From Pseudomonadota bacterium (lineage in GTDB: Bacteria > Pseudomonadota > Alphaproteobacteria > Rhizobiales > Rhizobiaceae), in the NCBI GenBank assembly GCA_039816825.1, contig JBCBXA010000005.1:537-64536 (forward strand): a stretch of 64,000 nt of DNA, in the 5' to 3' direction. The translations under genes and the position numbers were made by a program. Positions 9,623 through 19,771 of this stretch are shown here, one piece after another. The notes beneath the pieces are model-generated. The model searched no databases and was not told the DNA's origin. It saw only the letters and a list, made by a program, of their open reading frames with translations. The number at the start of each line of letters is the position of its first letter. Positions within the stretch are counted from its first letter, which is position 1.

Positions 9623-10537
9623 ATGACCTTGAACCATTTTCTTGATCTATCGGACTTCGAACCTGACCAGCTGACAACGATGCTGGACGCGGCAGCCACG
9701 ATGAAGGCGACCACCGAGGGGCGTTTCAGCGACGGCCCGCTCCGCGGCAAAGTTCTGGCCATGATCTTCGACAAACCATCCACTCGCACCCGCGTCTCTT
9801 TCGATGTGGGCATGCGTCAGCTGGGCGGTGAGACGCTGATATTGTCACCCAACGACACGCAGCTTGGCCGGGGCGAAACCATCGCCGACACCGCTCGTGT
9901 TCTGTCGCGCTATGTGGATGCGATCATGATCCGCACGGGTCCGCATGACCGGCTGAGCGAATTGGCAAAATATGCGACCGTGCCCGTCATCAACGGCCTC
10001 ACCGATGATACCCATCCCTGCCAGATCATGGCAGATGTGCTGACCATGCGTGAGCGGTGGCAAAGTCTTGAAGGCCGCACGGTTGCGTGGGTCGGGCCAC
10101 AGAACAATGTGCTGAACTCCTTCATGGAGGCGGCGTCAGCCTTCGGTTTCAAATTGCGCATCGGCACACCTGTTGAGCATCCGGCGGATCCACGATATCT
10201 CCAGCCTGCTCTTGCGGCAGGTGCCGACATCGAGACCTTCAACGATGCCATGAGCGCAGTCGCCGGTGCTGACGCAGTGGTGACCGATACATGGGTGTCG
10301 ATGCATGAAGACGGCGATGGTCGTGGTCACAACGTGTTCGCTCCCTTTCAGGTCAACGATGCACTGATGGCAGTCGCAAAGCCTGATGCCATCTTCCTGC
10401 ACTGTCTGCCGGCCCACCGGAATGAGGAAGTCACGGATGCTGTGATGGATGGTCCTCAATCCGTGGTGTTTGATGAGGCCGAGAACCGGCTGCACGCGCA
10501 AAAAGCGGTTCTGGTGCACGCCATGTCGGCTGGCTGA
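9623..10537 (+). CDS. argF: Ornithine carbamoyltransferase
   Basis: 'STRTRVSFD' carbamoyl-phosphate site, 'HPCQ', 'HCLPAHR' motifs. 304 aa. Confidence 0.9.
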   Translation: MTLNHFLDLSDFEPDQLTTMLDAAATMKATTEGRFSDGPLRGKVLAMIFDKPSTRTRVSFDVGMRQLGGETLILSPNDTQLGRGETIADTARVLSRYVDAIMIRTGPHDRLSELAKYATVPVINGLTDDTHPCQIMADVLTMRERWQSLEGRTVAWVGPQNNVLNSFMEAASAFGFKLRIGTPVEHPADPRYLQPALAAGADIETFNDAMSAVAGADAVVTDTWVSMHEDGDGRGHNVFAPFQVNDALMAVAKPDAIFLHCLPAHRNEEVTDAVMDGPQSVVFDEAENRLHAQKAVLVHAMSAG

Positions 10538-10622
10538 GGGCAGTCTTGCAGGCTGCCATTGAGCCTCCTACTTACGCCGCTTGTAAAGATCATGTGCTGC
10601 CCCGCAGCAGAGGAACACAACC

Positions 10623-11645
10623 ATGACCAGCGGTGAGACGCCTTCCAATCCGGCTGCGCAAGTCGAAAGCCCCGCCTCGGGCAATCCTGCTTTCCAGGAG
10701 CTGGACACCAGCGCCCATGCCCTGAACCGCGTCCTGCCATTCGCTGTTGAGGAACTGGACCTTCGGGGCAAAGCTATCACTTTGAGCAGTGAGTTTGACG
10801 CCATCGTGCGGCGCCATGGCTATCCCAGTGAAATCAAGCGGGCACTCGGGGAAGCAGTTGCTTTGGCCGCGCTACTGGGCACCACGCTGAAATTTGATGG
10901 CAAGTTCATCCTGCAAACCCAGTCCGACGGGCTGCTCGACATTATGGTCGTCGAGTTTCGCACGCCTTCCAACATCCGTGCCTACGCACGCTATGATGAA
11001 GAACGCCTGGCGGAAGCCGTCGCTCGCAATGCCGCTTCGCCGAAAGATCTTCTGGGTGAGGGCATTCTTGTCATGACCATAGATCAGGGCGCGGACATGC
11101 AGCGCTATCAGGGCATTGTGCAGCTTGATGGTGTTGGCCTTGAAGAAGTGGCTCACCGCTACTTCCGCCAATCGGAACAGATACCCACCGTGGTGCGTCT
11201 GGCCGTCGGTCAGCTTTACGGGCCCAATGGTGGGGATCCGGTTTGGCGCGTGGGCGGCTTGATGGCCCAGTTCCTGCCGGAATCCGAAGAGCGCATGCGT
11301 ATGCGCGATCTTCATGGTGGCGACGGCGCACCCGAGCCTGACGAAAGCGACGAAGACGACGCCTGGACCGAAGCCGTCGCGTTGATGGGCACGGTGGAAG
11401 ACGATGAGTTGCTGGACCCTGAGATCTCAGCCGAGCGCTTGCTTGTCCGCCTCTTCAACCAATACGACATCCGGGTGTTCGATCCGATGCCGGTGCTCGA
11501 TCGGTGCAGTTGCACACGCGAGCGCCTGGCGCAGGTGATAGACCGGATGAGTGTAGAAGAGCAGCGCGACATTGCGGTCGATGGTGTCATTACGGCCAAT
11601 TGCGAGTTCTGCACCAAATCCTACAGGTTCGCTGTTCCAACCTAA
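10623..11645 (+). CDS. hslO: Redox-regulated chaperone Hsp33
   Basis: 340 aa. C-terminal zinc centre 'CSCTRERL...CEFCTKSY' (CXC...CXXC), typical of Hsp33. Confidence 0.8.
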   Translation: MTSGETPSNPAAQVESPASGNPAFQELDTSAHALNRVLPFAVEELDLRGKAITLSSEFDAIVRRHGYPSEIKRALGEAVALAALLGTTLKFDGKFILQTQSDGLLDIMVVEFRTPSNIRAYARYDEERLAEAVARNAASPKDLLGEGILVMTIDQGADMQRYQGIVQLDGVGLEEVAHRYFRQSEQIPTVVRLAVGQLYGPNGGDPVWRVGGLMAQFLPESEERMRMRDLHGGDGAPEPDESDEDDAWTEAVALMGTVEDDELLDPEISAERLLVRLFNQYDIRVFDPMPVLDRCSCTRERLAQVIDRMSVEEQRDIAVDGVITANCEFCTKSYRFAVPT

Positions 11646-11730
11646 CCATTGTGTTGCCGGACTGTAACTTGCTGTTGGGCGGGGAAGCGTTATCTCAAGA
11701 GGTATAACTGCTGAGCTCAGGGCCAAAAGC

Positions 11731-13239
11731 ATGTTGGAAAAGACCCCGGAAAACGAGTTGAACGTGCAGGAAACTCCGGCGCTGGAAAGCGCGCGGCCGG
11801 AACCTGAACCCGTTTCCAGTTCAACTTGGAAGCAGGGCATTGTCCTTTCGTTCCGTCTGATCCTGCAGATCGCATTGATGCTTCTAGTTCTGGGGGCGTC
11901 GGTGTACATCATGCAGCGCCTCATCTCTTCTGCACCCGAGCCGCGCGGCCGCCCGCCATTCCAGACCGTCTTCACCGTAGAGGCGGCGAATGTGGCACTG
12001 CGGTCCAACCAGCCAATCTTTTCGGTTTTCGGTACGGTGACCGCCGCGCGAGATGTCGAATTGCGGGCTCTGTCACCTGGCGAGATCACAACGGTCAGCG
12101 ACAATCTTCAGGCCGGTCAGCGGATTGAACTCGGGGATGTGCTCGTCGAAATCGATACGTTCGAATATGAGGGTGCGCTTGCGGAAGCTCGGGCCAATCT
12201 GGCCGAAGCAGAAGCCCGCCTTGCCGAAAAGCAGGCACGCATAGAAGGCGCTGAGGCCCAGATCGAAGGGACTGAGCGTCAGCTGGAAATCGCGCGAGAA
12301 GATCTGGCTCGAGCCGAGGATCTGGTTTCCCGCGGCACGCTGCCGGCGAGGGACCTTGAAAACCGCCGCATCCAGGTGAACGAGCGCGAACTCGCCCTTG
12401 TTCAGCGTCTCGGCAATCTGGATGTCGAGCGGGCTGGTGTCGCCCAGTTGGAAGCGCAGGCAGACCGCCTGAAATGGCGTGTAACGCAGGCTCAGCGGGC
12501 GCTGGAGAACACGCGGCTCACTGCGCCGTTCAGCGGCATCATTCGTTCGGCCGACGCGGCAGTCGGGCGCAACGCCAACGGATCTGATGTGCTGGTTTCC
12601 ATCTATGATGACAACGAGCTTGAGGTCCGCTTCACCCTGTCCGACGGCCAGTTCGGACGGCTTGTATCAAGCGAGCAGGGCCTTGTTGGCAGACCGATCG
12701 AGGCGTCATGGAATGTCGGAGGGCAGGACTACACATTCACCGGCGAGATCGCGCGCACCGGCGCGCAAATATCTTCCGACCGTGGCGGCGTGGAAATGTT
12801 CGCACGTATTGAAGCCAGCTCAGGCGGGGTCACCCTGAGACCCGGTGCGTTTGTTGAGGTCCGGGTGCCGGACCGCGTTTTCCAAACCAGTGCGCTTGTG
12901 CCTGAGACGACGCTCTACGATGGGGACCATGTCTATGTGATCATGGATAGCCAGCTTGAGCGCCGTGACGTCGAAGTTCTGGCATATGACGGCAATGATG
13001 TCGTCATCCGTGGCGATCTGGTCGACGGAGAGCGTCTGCTCAACACCCGTCTCGCGCAGATCGCGGAAGGCACAAAGGTCCGCACCGCTGATGAACCGAT
13101 TGCAGCGGCGCCGGGTCGCCCGGGCGCTGGCGACCGCCCGGCTGGTGCCGGTAGGCCGGAAGGCCGTAGAGCCGGTGCCAATGGGGAGCGAGGCCAGCGT
13201 GGTGAGCGCGGTTCCCGCCAAGAACGGGCATCCGACTAG
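11731..13239 (+). CDS. RND efflux periplasmic adaptor (HlyD/MFP family) with Gly/Arg/Pro-rich C-terminal tail
   Basis: N-terminal TM, long coiled-coil hairpin ('EARANLAEAEARLAEKQARIEGAEAQIEG'), beta-barrel region. Stop abuts the RND pump start (TAGATG). Confidence 0.8.
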   Translation: MLEKTPENELNVQETPALESARPEPEPVSSSTWKQGIVLSFRLILQIALMLLVLGASVYIMQRLISSAPEPRGRPPFQTVFTVEAANVALRSNQPIFSVFGTVTAARDVELRALSPGEITTVSDNLQAGQRIELGDVLVEIDTFEYEGALAEARANLAEAEARLAEKQARIEGAEAQIEGTERQLEIAREDLARAEDLVSRGTLPARDLENRRIQVNERELALVQRLGNLDVERAGVAQLEAQADRLKWRVTQAQRALENTRLTAPFSGIIRSADAAVGRNANGSDVLVSIYDDNELEVRFTLSDGQFGRLVSSEQGLVGRPIEASWNVGGQDYTFTGEIARTGAQISSDRGGVEMFARIEASSGGVTLRPGAFVEVRVPDRVFQTSALVPETTLYDGDHVYVIMDSQLERRDVEVLAYDGNDVVIRGDLVDGERLLNTRLAQIAEGTKVRTADEPIAAAPGRPGAGDRPAGAGRPEGRRAGANGERGQRGERGSRQERASD

Positions 13240-16200
13240 ATGTCGGCTGCAAAGAACAGCAATGCGCCAAGTCGCGGCGGCGTTCTGGGCCCTTTGGTCG
13301 AGACTTTTGCCCGGCACCGCAACGCCGCGAATCTTCTCATGGTGTTGATGGTCCTGTTTGGCCTTTACGCCCTGGCGCGCATCAACACGCAGTTCTTCCC
13401 CACCATCGCCACCCAGACGGTCACCGTTTCAACCGCTTGGTCTGGAGCCAGCGCGGAAGATGTCGCCTCCAACGTGCTGGAAGTGATAGAACCGGAAGTT
13501 CGCTTCATTGACGGGGTCAAGAAAGTTCAGTCCTATGCCCGCGAAGGCAATGGATCGGTCTTCATCGAGTTCGAACCCGACACTGACATGCTCACCGCCA
13601 AAGGCGATGTCGACGCGGCGGTCTCTTCCATATCCAATCTGCCGGAAGACGCGGAAACGCCCAAAGTCAGCTACAGGCAGTTCTTTGATCGGGTGGCCAA
13701 GATCGCCCTTTATGGTGATGTGCCGGAGCAGACGCTTGCCTTTTATGCCCGTCAGATCAGGGATGATTTGATTGAGCGGGGCATCGACAAGGTCTCGTTC
13801 GCGGGCCTGCGCGATGAAGAACTCAGGGTGACGGTGCCCGAGCGCGAGTTGCGTCGGCTCGATCTATCCGTCGAGGACATATCCCGTGCGATTGCCGGTA
13901 ACTCGCGTGACCAGCCTTCCGGCAAGTTGGACGGGAACTTTGAGCGCCAATTGCGCGCCGTGTCGGATGTCGAAACGCCCCGAAGCCTCGGTGATGTGAA
14001 AGTCCGTGCATTCTCATCCGGCGAAGCGGTGCGGTTGAGCGACATAGCCCGTATTGAGAACAGTTTCGACAAGAACGGTCGCGTCGCCTTTTCGGGCAAG
14101 CAGCGCGCCATCGAACTCACCGTCGAGCGTGCGCCCACTGCCGATACGCTCAAAACTGCAGGTGTTCTGGCTGACTACCTGGCCGAGATTGACGGCAATT
14201 TGCCCGCCGGCCTGAACGTGGTGCAGTACGATGTGAGCGCCGACCGTCTGTCAGAGCGCATCTGGCTTCTCGTTGAGAACGGCCTCATGGGTCTCGCAAT
14301 CGTGGTTGCTGTTCTCTTTATTTTCCTCAATGCACGGATCGCGTTCTGGGTCGCCGCTGGTATCCCTGTGGCTATGATGGCGACCTTGGGTCTGATGTAT
14401 ATTACCGGCCAGACCGTCAACATGATCTCGCTGTTTGCGCTCATCATGACGCTTGGCATCATCGTGGACGATGCCATCGTGGTCGGCGAACATACGGCCA
14501 CCCGCTTCGCCATGGGTGACGAGCCCACGGAAGCCGCGATCAACGGTGCTGGCCGGATGGTGACGCCTGTGATCGCGGCCATGTTGACGACTCTGGCGGC
14601 GTTTGCGCCGATCCTCCTCATCGGAGATACGGTTGGTCAGATCATGGGCGTGCTGCCCCTCGTCGTCATGGCGGTGATCGTGGCCAGTCTTGTCGAGTGC
14701 TTTCTTGTACTGCCGGGTCACCTCGCTCACGGCCTGCAGCCCACCAGGCGCCGACGCTGGAGTTTCTTCGGGCAGTTTGTTTTCGCACTGGGCATTGCCG
14801 TGTTCACACTGTCTCTTCTCACGCGAGAAGCCGGTTTGCCCTTGCCGTCATCCGTCCAAAGCTTGTTCGACGTTATTGAAGGCTGGGTGGAATCGGCCGG
14901 CGCCGTCAATGAACGGTTGGGGTCGGTGGTTCTGGCGTTGTCCGTTGCGGCATTCGGCCTGATCGTGGGGACGCTCATCGAGGCGATCGTGGCCCTGGTT
15001 CGAGCTGTTATGAGAGCGGTGTTCGCGCGCTCTGAGGCGCCTGCCAACGCCAATGAACCGGGCGCTCTGCGCCGAGGCTTCGACGCTGGCTTCAACTGGT
15101 TCCGGGACCACCCCTTCCGGGGGCTCGTGCGGCTGAGCTACAGCTTTCGCTATGTGACGGTCGCCCTGTGCATCGGTGCCATACTGATTGGTGTGGTCGG
15201 GCTGCTGCGGGGCGAACGCGTCGGCTTCGTCTTCTTCCCGTCCCCGGAGGCCGAAAGCCTGAACGGCCGGATCGTCTTTTACGCTGGCACGCCCGAAGAG
15301 AAGCAGGTCGACGCGCTGTTTTCTGTACTCGATAGCCTTGATGCGGCGGTTGCGGAAATCCAGCCAGAAGGTGAGAAGCTGGTTCATTCCAGTTTCACCT
15401 CGCTGGGCACCGATGGCCGACGGGCCGGAGACAATGTTGCCCGGATTTCCGTGCAACTTACATCCTCTGAGGAACGGTCGGTCCGCACCAGCGAGATTCT
15501 GAGGGCCTGGCGTGCCGGGCTTCCGACACCCGAAGGTGTTCGCCGCCTGTCCATCAGTGCGCCACGTGCTGGTCCGCCCGGCAGCGACATCGACATTGAG
15601 CTGCAGGGCCCGGACGTGGCACTGCTCAAATCCACCGCCGAAGAAGTGCTTGAGCTGGTTTCAAGTCTGGAGGGCGTCTCCGGAGCACGGGACAATCTGC
15701 CTTATGGCAACCCGGAACTGGTGCTTGAACTCACACCGCGCGGCGAGTCTCTGGGCTTTTCAATTGCTGACGTCGGCCAGCAGCTTCGCAACACCTATGA
15801 GGGATCCATCCCCCGTCGCTTTGCCCGGGGCGACAGTGAAGTCGCCATTCGCGTGATCGCCGAAACCCGAAACCGGGGCACGGCCAATCTCCAGACGTTC
15901 GAACTGCGCAGCCCAAGCGGCGAGTTTGTGCCTTTGCTTGATGTGGTGAACACGACGGAGCGTCAAGGGTTTGCAGCGGTTGAACGGCTTGATGGCAAAA
16001 CCGTCGTCAATGTTCAGGCCAGTCTCGACAATGATGTCATGACCTTGTCCCAGGCACAGGAAGCTCTGCGGTCCGGAGGACTGGATGAGATCGTGCAGGC
16101 TGCCGGCGTTGACTATCGCTTCAGCGGCCGCGCCGAAGAGCGGTCGGCTGCCTTCGCCGATCTGGGCACGGGCACTCTGGTGGCGTTGGCCGTAATCTAC

Positions 16201-16719
16201 ATCATCCTCGCATGGGTGTTCTCGAGCTACTGGCGGCCTTTCTCGGTGATGCTGATCATACCGTTCGGCATCGTCGGCGCAGTTGTCGGTCACTATCTTT
16301 TGGATCAGAACCTGACGATCCTGTCGCTTATCGGCCTCCTCGGCCTGTCGGGGATTCTGGTCAACGACTCCATCATTCTCGTGTCGCGCCTGGATGAGCG
16401 CATAGAGCAGGGCGACAGCGTCAAAGAAGCCGCCATAGGCGCGAGCCAGGATCGCCTGCGCGCGGTGCTTCTGACATCTTTGACCACGATAGGCGGTCTC
16501 TTGCCGCTGCTCTATGAAAAGAGCCTTCAGGCTCAGTTCCTGATGCCGATGGCGATCACAATGGTGTTTGGCCTCGCGGTCGCCACTGTGTTGGTTCTGT
16601 TTCTTGTTCCGTGCCTCGTCGGGATTGGAGACGATATTCAGCGCGTGTTTCGTTTCACGTTCGGCAGCCGTCGCAGTCGCGGTGGGCGCGCAGATCAGGG
16701 TCTCGAGCCAGCTGAGTGA
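13240..16719 (+). CDS. RND efflux permease (AcrB/AcrD/AcrF superfamily), 1159 aa
   Basis: Two large periplasmic loops and two TM bundles with the conserved 'GIIVDDAIVV' and 'GILVNDSIIL' TM4/TM10 motifs. Confidence 0.85.
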   Translation: MSAAKNSNAPSRGGVLGPLVETFARHRNAANLLMVLMVLFGLYALARINTQFFPTIATQTVTVSTAWSGASAEDVASNVLEVIEPEVRFIDGVKKVQSYAREGNGSVFIEFEPDTDMLTAKGDVDAAVSSISNLPEDAETPKVSYRQFFDRVAKIALYGDVPEQTLAFYARQIRDDLIERGIDKVSFAGLRDEELRVTVPERELRRLDLSVEDISRAIAGNSRDQPSGKLDGNFERQLRAVSDVETPRSLGDVKVRAFSSGEAVRLSDIARIENSFDKNGRVAFSGKQRAIELTVERAPTADTLKTAGVLADYLAEIDGNLPAGLNVVQYDVSADRLSERIWLLVENGLMGLAIVVAVLFIFLNARIAFWVAAGIPVAMMATLGLMYITGQTVNMISLFALIMTLGIIVDDAIVVGEHTATRFAMGDEPTEAAINGAGRMVTPVIAAMLTTLAAFAPILLIGDTVGQIMGVLPLVVMAVIVASLVECFLVLPGHLAHGLQPTRRRRWSFFGQFVFALGIAVFTLSLLTREAGLPLPSSVQSLFDVIEGWVESAGAVNERLGSVVLALSVAAFGLIVGTLIEAIVALVRAVMRAVFARSEAPANANEPGALRRGFDAGFNWFRDHPFRGLVRLSYSFRYVTVALCIGAILIGVVGLLRGERVGFVFFPSPEAESLNGRIVFYAGTPEEKQVDALFSVLDSLDAAVAEIQPEGEKLVHSSFTSLGTDGRRAGDNVARISVQLTSSEERSVRTSEILRAWRAGLPTPEGVRRLSISAPRAGPPGSDIDIELQGPDVALLKSTAEEVLELVSSLEGVSGARDNLPYGNPELVLELTPRGESLGFSIADVGQQLRNTYEGSIPRRFARGDSEVAIRVIAETRNRGTANLQTFELRSPSGEFVPLLDVVNTTERQGFAAVERLDGKTVVNVQASLDNDVMTLSQAQEALRSGGLDEIVQAAGVDYRFSGRAEERSAAFADLGTGTLVALAVIYIILAWVFSSYWRPFSVMLIIPFGIVGAVVGHYLLDQNLTILSLIGLLGLSGILVNDSIILVSRLDERIEQGDSVKEAAIGASQDRLRAVLLTSLTTIGGLLPLLYEKSLQAQFLMPMAITMVFGLAVATVLVLFLVPCLVGIGDDIQRVFRFTFGSRRSRGGRADQGLEPAE

Positions 16720-16724
16720 TCTCG

Positions 16725-18206
16725 CTACATCCGCCAGAAGCGCGGGATGAACAGCACCAGGATCGTGAACAATTCCAGCCGCCCGATCAGCATGCCGATG
16801 GCGAGCAGCCATTTGGCTGTTGAATTGAGTGGTTCGTAGGTGCCGGTTGGTCCGATCACGTCCCCGAGCCCGGGACCGACATTTGAGATCGCAGACCCCG
16901 CGCCGGAGTAGGCTGTGATCAGATCGAGGCCAGTGAAATTCAGCGCCACAGCAAGCAGAACAAAGCTGACGAAGTACAGAAAGAAGAAGGACAGAACAGC
17001 GGTCGCCGCATCGTCGCTGATTGGGCGCCTGTTGAACCGCTTCACATAGATGCCATTGGGATAGATCATCTCATGCAGATGCTGACGGATGATCTGGTAC
17101 AAAACCTGAAAGCGGAAAATCTTGATGCCGCAGGATGTGGAGCCAGCGCATCCTCCGATGAACATGATGACGAAGAAAAATGCGACTGAAGCCGGTCCCC
17201 AGGCTCCATAGTCCGTGGATGCGTACCCCGTTCCGGTCATGATGGACGTCACGCTGAAAGCCGCAGTGATGAAGGTTCTCAGTCCTTCCGGTTCAGCGGC
17301 GGCCAGTGCCATGGCATAGGCTATGATGGAAAAGACCGTGATCAGCACAAGAAACAGGCGCACCTGCTGGTCCTTTAACAGGCTGGAGAGGCTGCCCTGT
17401 ACGGCTTGCACGTAGAGGATGAACGGAATGGCCCCCGCCAGCATGAAGATCGTTGCGATGACCTCAATCTCCGCACTGTCAAACCAGGCGATCGATGCGT
17501 CCCGGGTTGAATGCCCGCCGGTGGCGACAGTGGTCATGGCGTGGGCGAATGCGTCCAGCGGCGTCATTCCGGCCAGAAGGTAAGCGAATGCGCAGGCGAT
17601 GGTGAAACCAACGAAAATTCCGGTCAGGGACCCGGAGATCTGGGTTGCCCGGGGCAGAATTTTCTCCGCCGTGTCAAACGCCTCAGCCTTGAACAGCTGC
17701 ATTCCGCCGATCTGCAGCATGGGCAGAACGGCCACCGCCATCACAATGATGCCTAGGCCGCCGAGCCATTGCTGGATGGCGCGCCACATCAGAATACCGG
17801 GCGGTGCCTGCTCCAGGCCAACAATGACGGTTGCTCCCGTCGTTGTGAGGGCTGACATACTCTCAAAGAATGCGTCCGTGAAGCCTGGAACAACGCCCGA
17901 AAAGTAATAGGGCAGGGCGCCGAAGGCCGCCAATGTGGTCCAGGCCGTTGCGGTCATGACCAGTGCCTGTCGGGTGCTCAGCGCGCCGCGTATGCCGCGA
18001 TTGGCGAGGAACAGCACGCTGCCCGTGCCAGCTGTCAGCGCAAAGGTGATCGCAAAGACCCGCCAGTCCGCATTCGACTGTGCCCAGTCGATGGTGGCGG
18101 GCACGAGCATGGCTGTTCCCAGCGTTGTGAGCAGCACGCCGATAACCGTCAGGATCGGACGCAGATCAATGGTCACATGAGACTCCGCAGACGCGGTGGT
18201 CGGCAC
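16725..18206 (-). CDS. trkH: TrkH-family potassium uptake protein
   Basis: 493 aa polytopic protein with repeated pore-loop-like segments ('TTTGAT', 'TVATGGH', 'MTGTGYAS', 'ISNVGPG'). Confidence 0.8.
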   Translation of the reverse strand: MPTTASAESHVTIDLRPILTVIGVLLTTLGTAMLVPATIDWAQSNADWRVFAITFALTAGTGSVLFLANRGIRGALSTRQALVMTATAWTTLAAFGALPYYFSGVVPGFTDAFFESMSALTTTGATVIVGLEQAPPGILMWRAIQQWLGGLGIIVMAVAVLPMLQIGGMQLFKAEAFDTAEKILPRATQISGSLTGIFVGFTIACAFAYLLAGMTPLDAFAHAMTTVATGGHSTRDASIAWFDSAEIEVIATIFMLAGAIPFILYVQAVQGSLSSLLKDQQVRLFLVLITVFSIIAYAMALAAAEPEGLRTFITAAFSVTSIMTGTGYASTDYGAWGPASVAFFFVIMFIGGCAGSTSCGIKIFRFQVLYQIIRQHLHEMIYPNGIYVKRFNRRPISDDAATAVLSFFFLYFVSFVLLAVALNFTGLDLITAYSGAGSAISNVGPGLGDVIGPTGTYEPLNSTAKWLLAIGMLIGRLELFTILVLFIPRFWRM

Positions 18207-18215
18207 GGAACGCTA

Positions 18216-18608
18216 TCAATTGAGGACCGGCTGGCTGTCCGGCAGATCGAGAGAGAAAGCGGGAATGTCGACTTCGAATTCCCGACCATCTGAAGCTCTC
18301 ATGCGATAGCGGCCATGCATCATACCTGACGGCGCGCTGAGGGGGCAGCCGGACGTGTACTCAAAGCTCCCGCCCGGCTCCAACACCGGCTGTTCGCCGA
18401 CCACTCCCGCGCCGGCCACTTCCTCCACCTGCCCGTTGGAATCGGTGATGTTCCAATAGCGGCTCATGAGTTGAACTGTGTCGGCGCTCTCATTCTCCAC
18501 GACCACATTGTAAGCCCAGAAGTAGTGATTGGCATCCGGGTCGCTCTCATCGGCCAGAAAGTAAGGGCGTACCGAAACTTTGATCGATCTGGTGGTCTGC
18601 TGGTACAT
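18216..18608 (-). CDS. apaG: ApaG (DUF525) protein
   Basis: 130 aa from 'MYQQTTRSIKVSV'. 'YFWAY.V...N......QL..R.W.ITD..G' pattern typical of ApaG. The tracked ORF extends upstream to 18728. Confidence 0.75.
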   Translation of the reverse strand: MYQQTTRSIKVSVRPYFLADESDPDANHYFWAYNVVVENESADTVQLMSRYWNITDSNGQVEEVAGAGVVGEQPVLEPGGSFEYTSGCPLSAPSGMMHGRYRMRASDGREFEVDIPAFSLDLPDSQPVLN

Positions 18609-18701
18609 GGTCGTTCGCGAATGCTTGTCTGGCAGGGTTGCCTGCAAGCAGATATAGCCCCCGTTGAAAGATGCGCCAAGCGCGGCGAAACGGAGACTGC
18701 A

Positions 18702-19310
18702 ATGCTCGATGGCTGGGCCCGCCGACATATAGATCCGCCCATCAACAGATTGGCAGACGGGTTGGCCAATTTGGGTGTGACAGCCAATGGGGTGACGCTC
18801 GCAGGCTTTGCGCTGGGTTGTCTGGCGGCTGTTGCGATCGCCACCGGCGAGTTCTGGCTAGGGCTGGTGCTGCTACTGGTATCGCGCATCGCCGATGGGT
18901 TGGACGGAGCAGTGGCCCGGGCCAGCGGCAGCGCTTCCGACTTTGGCGGGTTCCTCGATATCACCCTCGATTTCGCTTTTTACGGCCTCATCCCGCTGGC
19001 ATTCATCATTGCGGATCCTCAGGCAAACGCTGTGGCCGGTGCCGTTCTGCTTCTCAGCTTCTACGTCAACGGAGCGAGCTTCCTCGCCTATGCGATCATG
19101 GCCGAGAAGCGGAAGTTCACCGAGAGCCCAAGGGGCAAGAAGTCGCTCTTCTACACGACGGGTTTGGCCGAAGCGACAGAGACCATCCTGGTGTTCTGCA
19201 TATGGTGCGTGTTTCCGGCGTGGTTTGTTCCGGTAGCCTGGATATTCGCGGCGGTCGTTTTCTACACCGCCTTCTCGCGCATCATGCTGGCTCGCCGAGA
19301 CTTCGCCTAG
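18702..19310 (+). CDS. CDP-alcohol phosphatidyltransferase family protein
   Basis: Signature 'DGLDGAVARASGSASDFGGFLDITLD' (D-G-x2-A-R-x8-G-x3-D-x3-D). Multi-TM. Start at the ATG at 18702 after GGAG. Confidence 0.75.
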   Translation: MLDGWARRHIDPPINRLADGLANLGVTANGVTLAGFALGCLAAVAIATGEFWLGLVLLLVSRIADGLDGAVARASGSASDFGGFLDITLDFAFYGLIPLAFIIADPQANAVAGAVLLLSFYVNGASFLAYAIMAEKRKFTESPRGKKSLFYTTGLAEATETILVFCIWCVFPAWFVPVAWIFAAVVFYTAFSRIMLARRDFA

Positions 19311-19771
19311 CGCACGCCGAGGGCGCCGATGAGGAGAGCGACCACCGCTCCCAGCGTGATGACAGTGCGCAATGGCCCAAACCAACTGGGCAAGGCTCCT
19401 GATCGGACACTCCGAAAATCCCATACCCACTGGGCGACAAAGCATCCGATCAACACGATCAAGGCTGTGAAGGCGGGCATCAGCAGAGTGAGCCAACCGG
19501 CGAGCGACGGCAGAACTGACAATGCCAGCACGACCCGCCGGGCACCCTGTGCCCCCCGCGGACCGGTGATGGCCGCGCCCCAGCGTATGCCTCCCAGAAA
19601 CGCGAGAATGGTCGCGCCATAACCGACCAAAGCGAGCCGCTCGTAGAGTTCGCCGCTATCGGCAGCAAATAGAAACAGCGCCAGCGCCCAGAACGGGATC
19701 AAACCGCCCACCGCGAGCACCCAGGCCGCGAGGCGCATCTGATCGTCTGTGTTGTTGGGATCGTTGGTCAT
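19307..19771 (-). CDS. DUF3429-like small membrane protein
   Basis: 4-5 TM segments and 'ILAFLGGIRWG' motif. Its ATG overlaps the stop of the upstream gene (ATGA). Confidence 0.55.
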   Translation of the reverse strand: MTNDPNNTDDQMRLAAWVLAVGGLIPFWALALFLFAADSGELYERLALVGYGATILAFLGGIRWGAAITGPRGAQGARRVVLALSVLPSLAGWLTLLMPAFTALIVLIGCFVAQWVWDFRSVRSGALPSWFGPLRTVITLGAVVALLIGALGVR

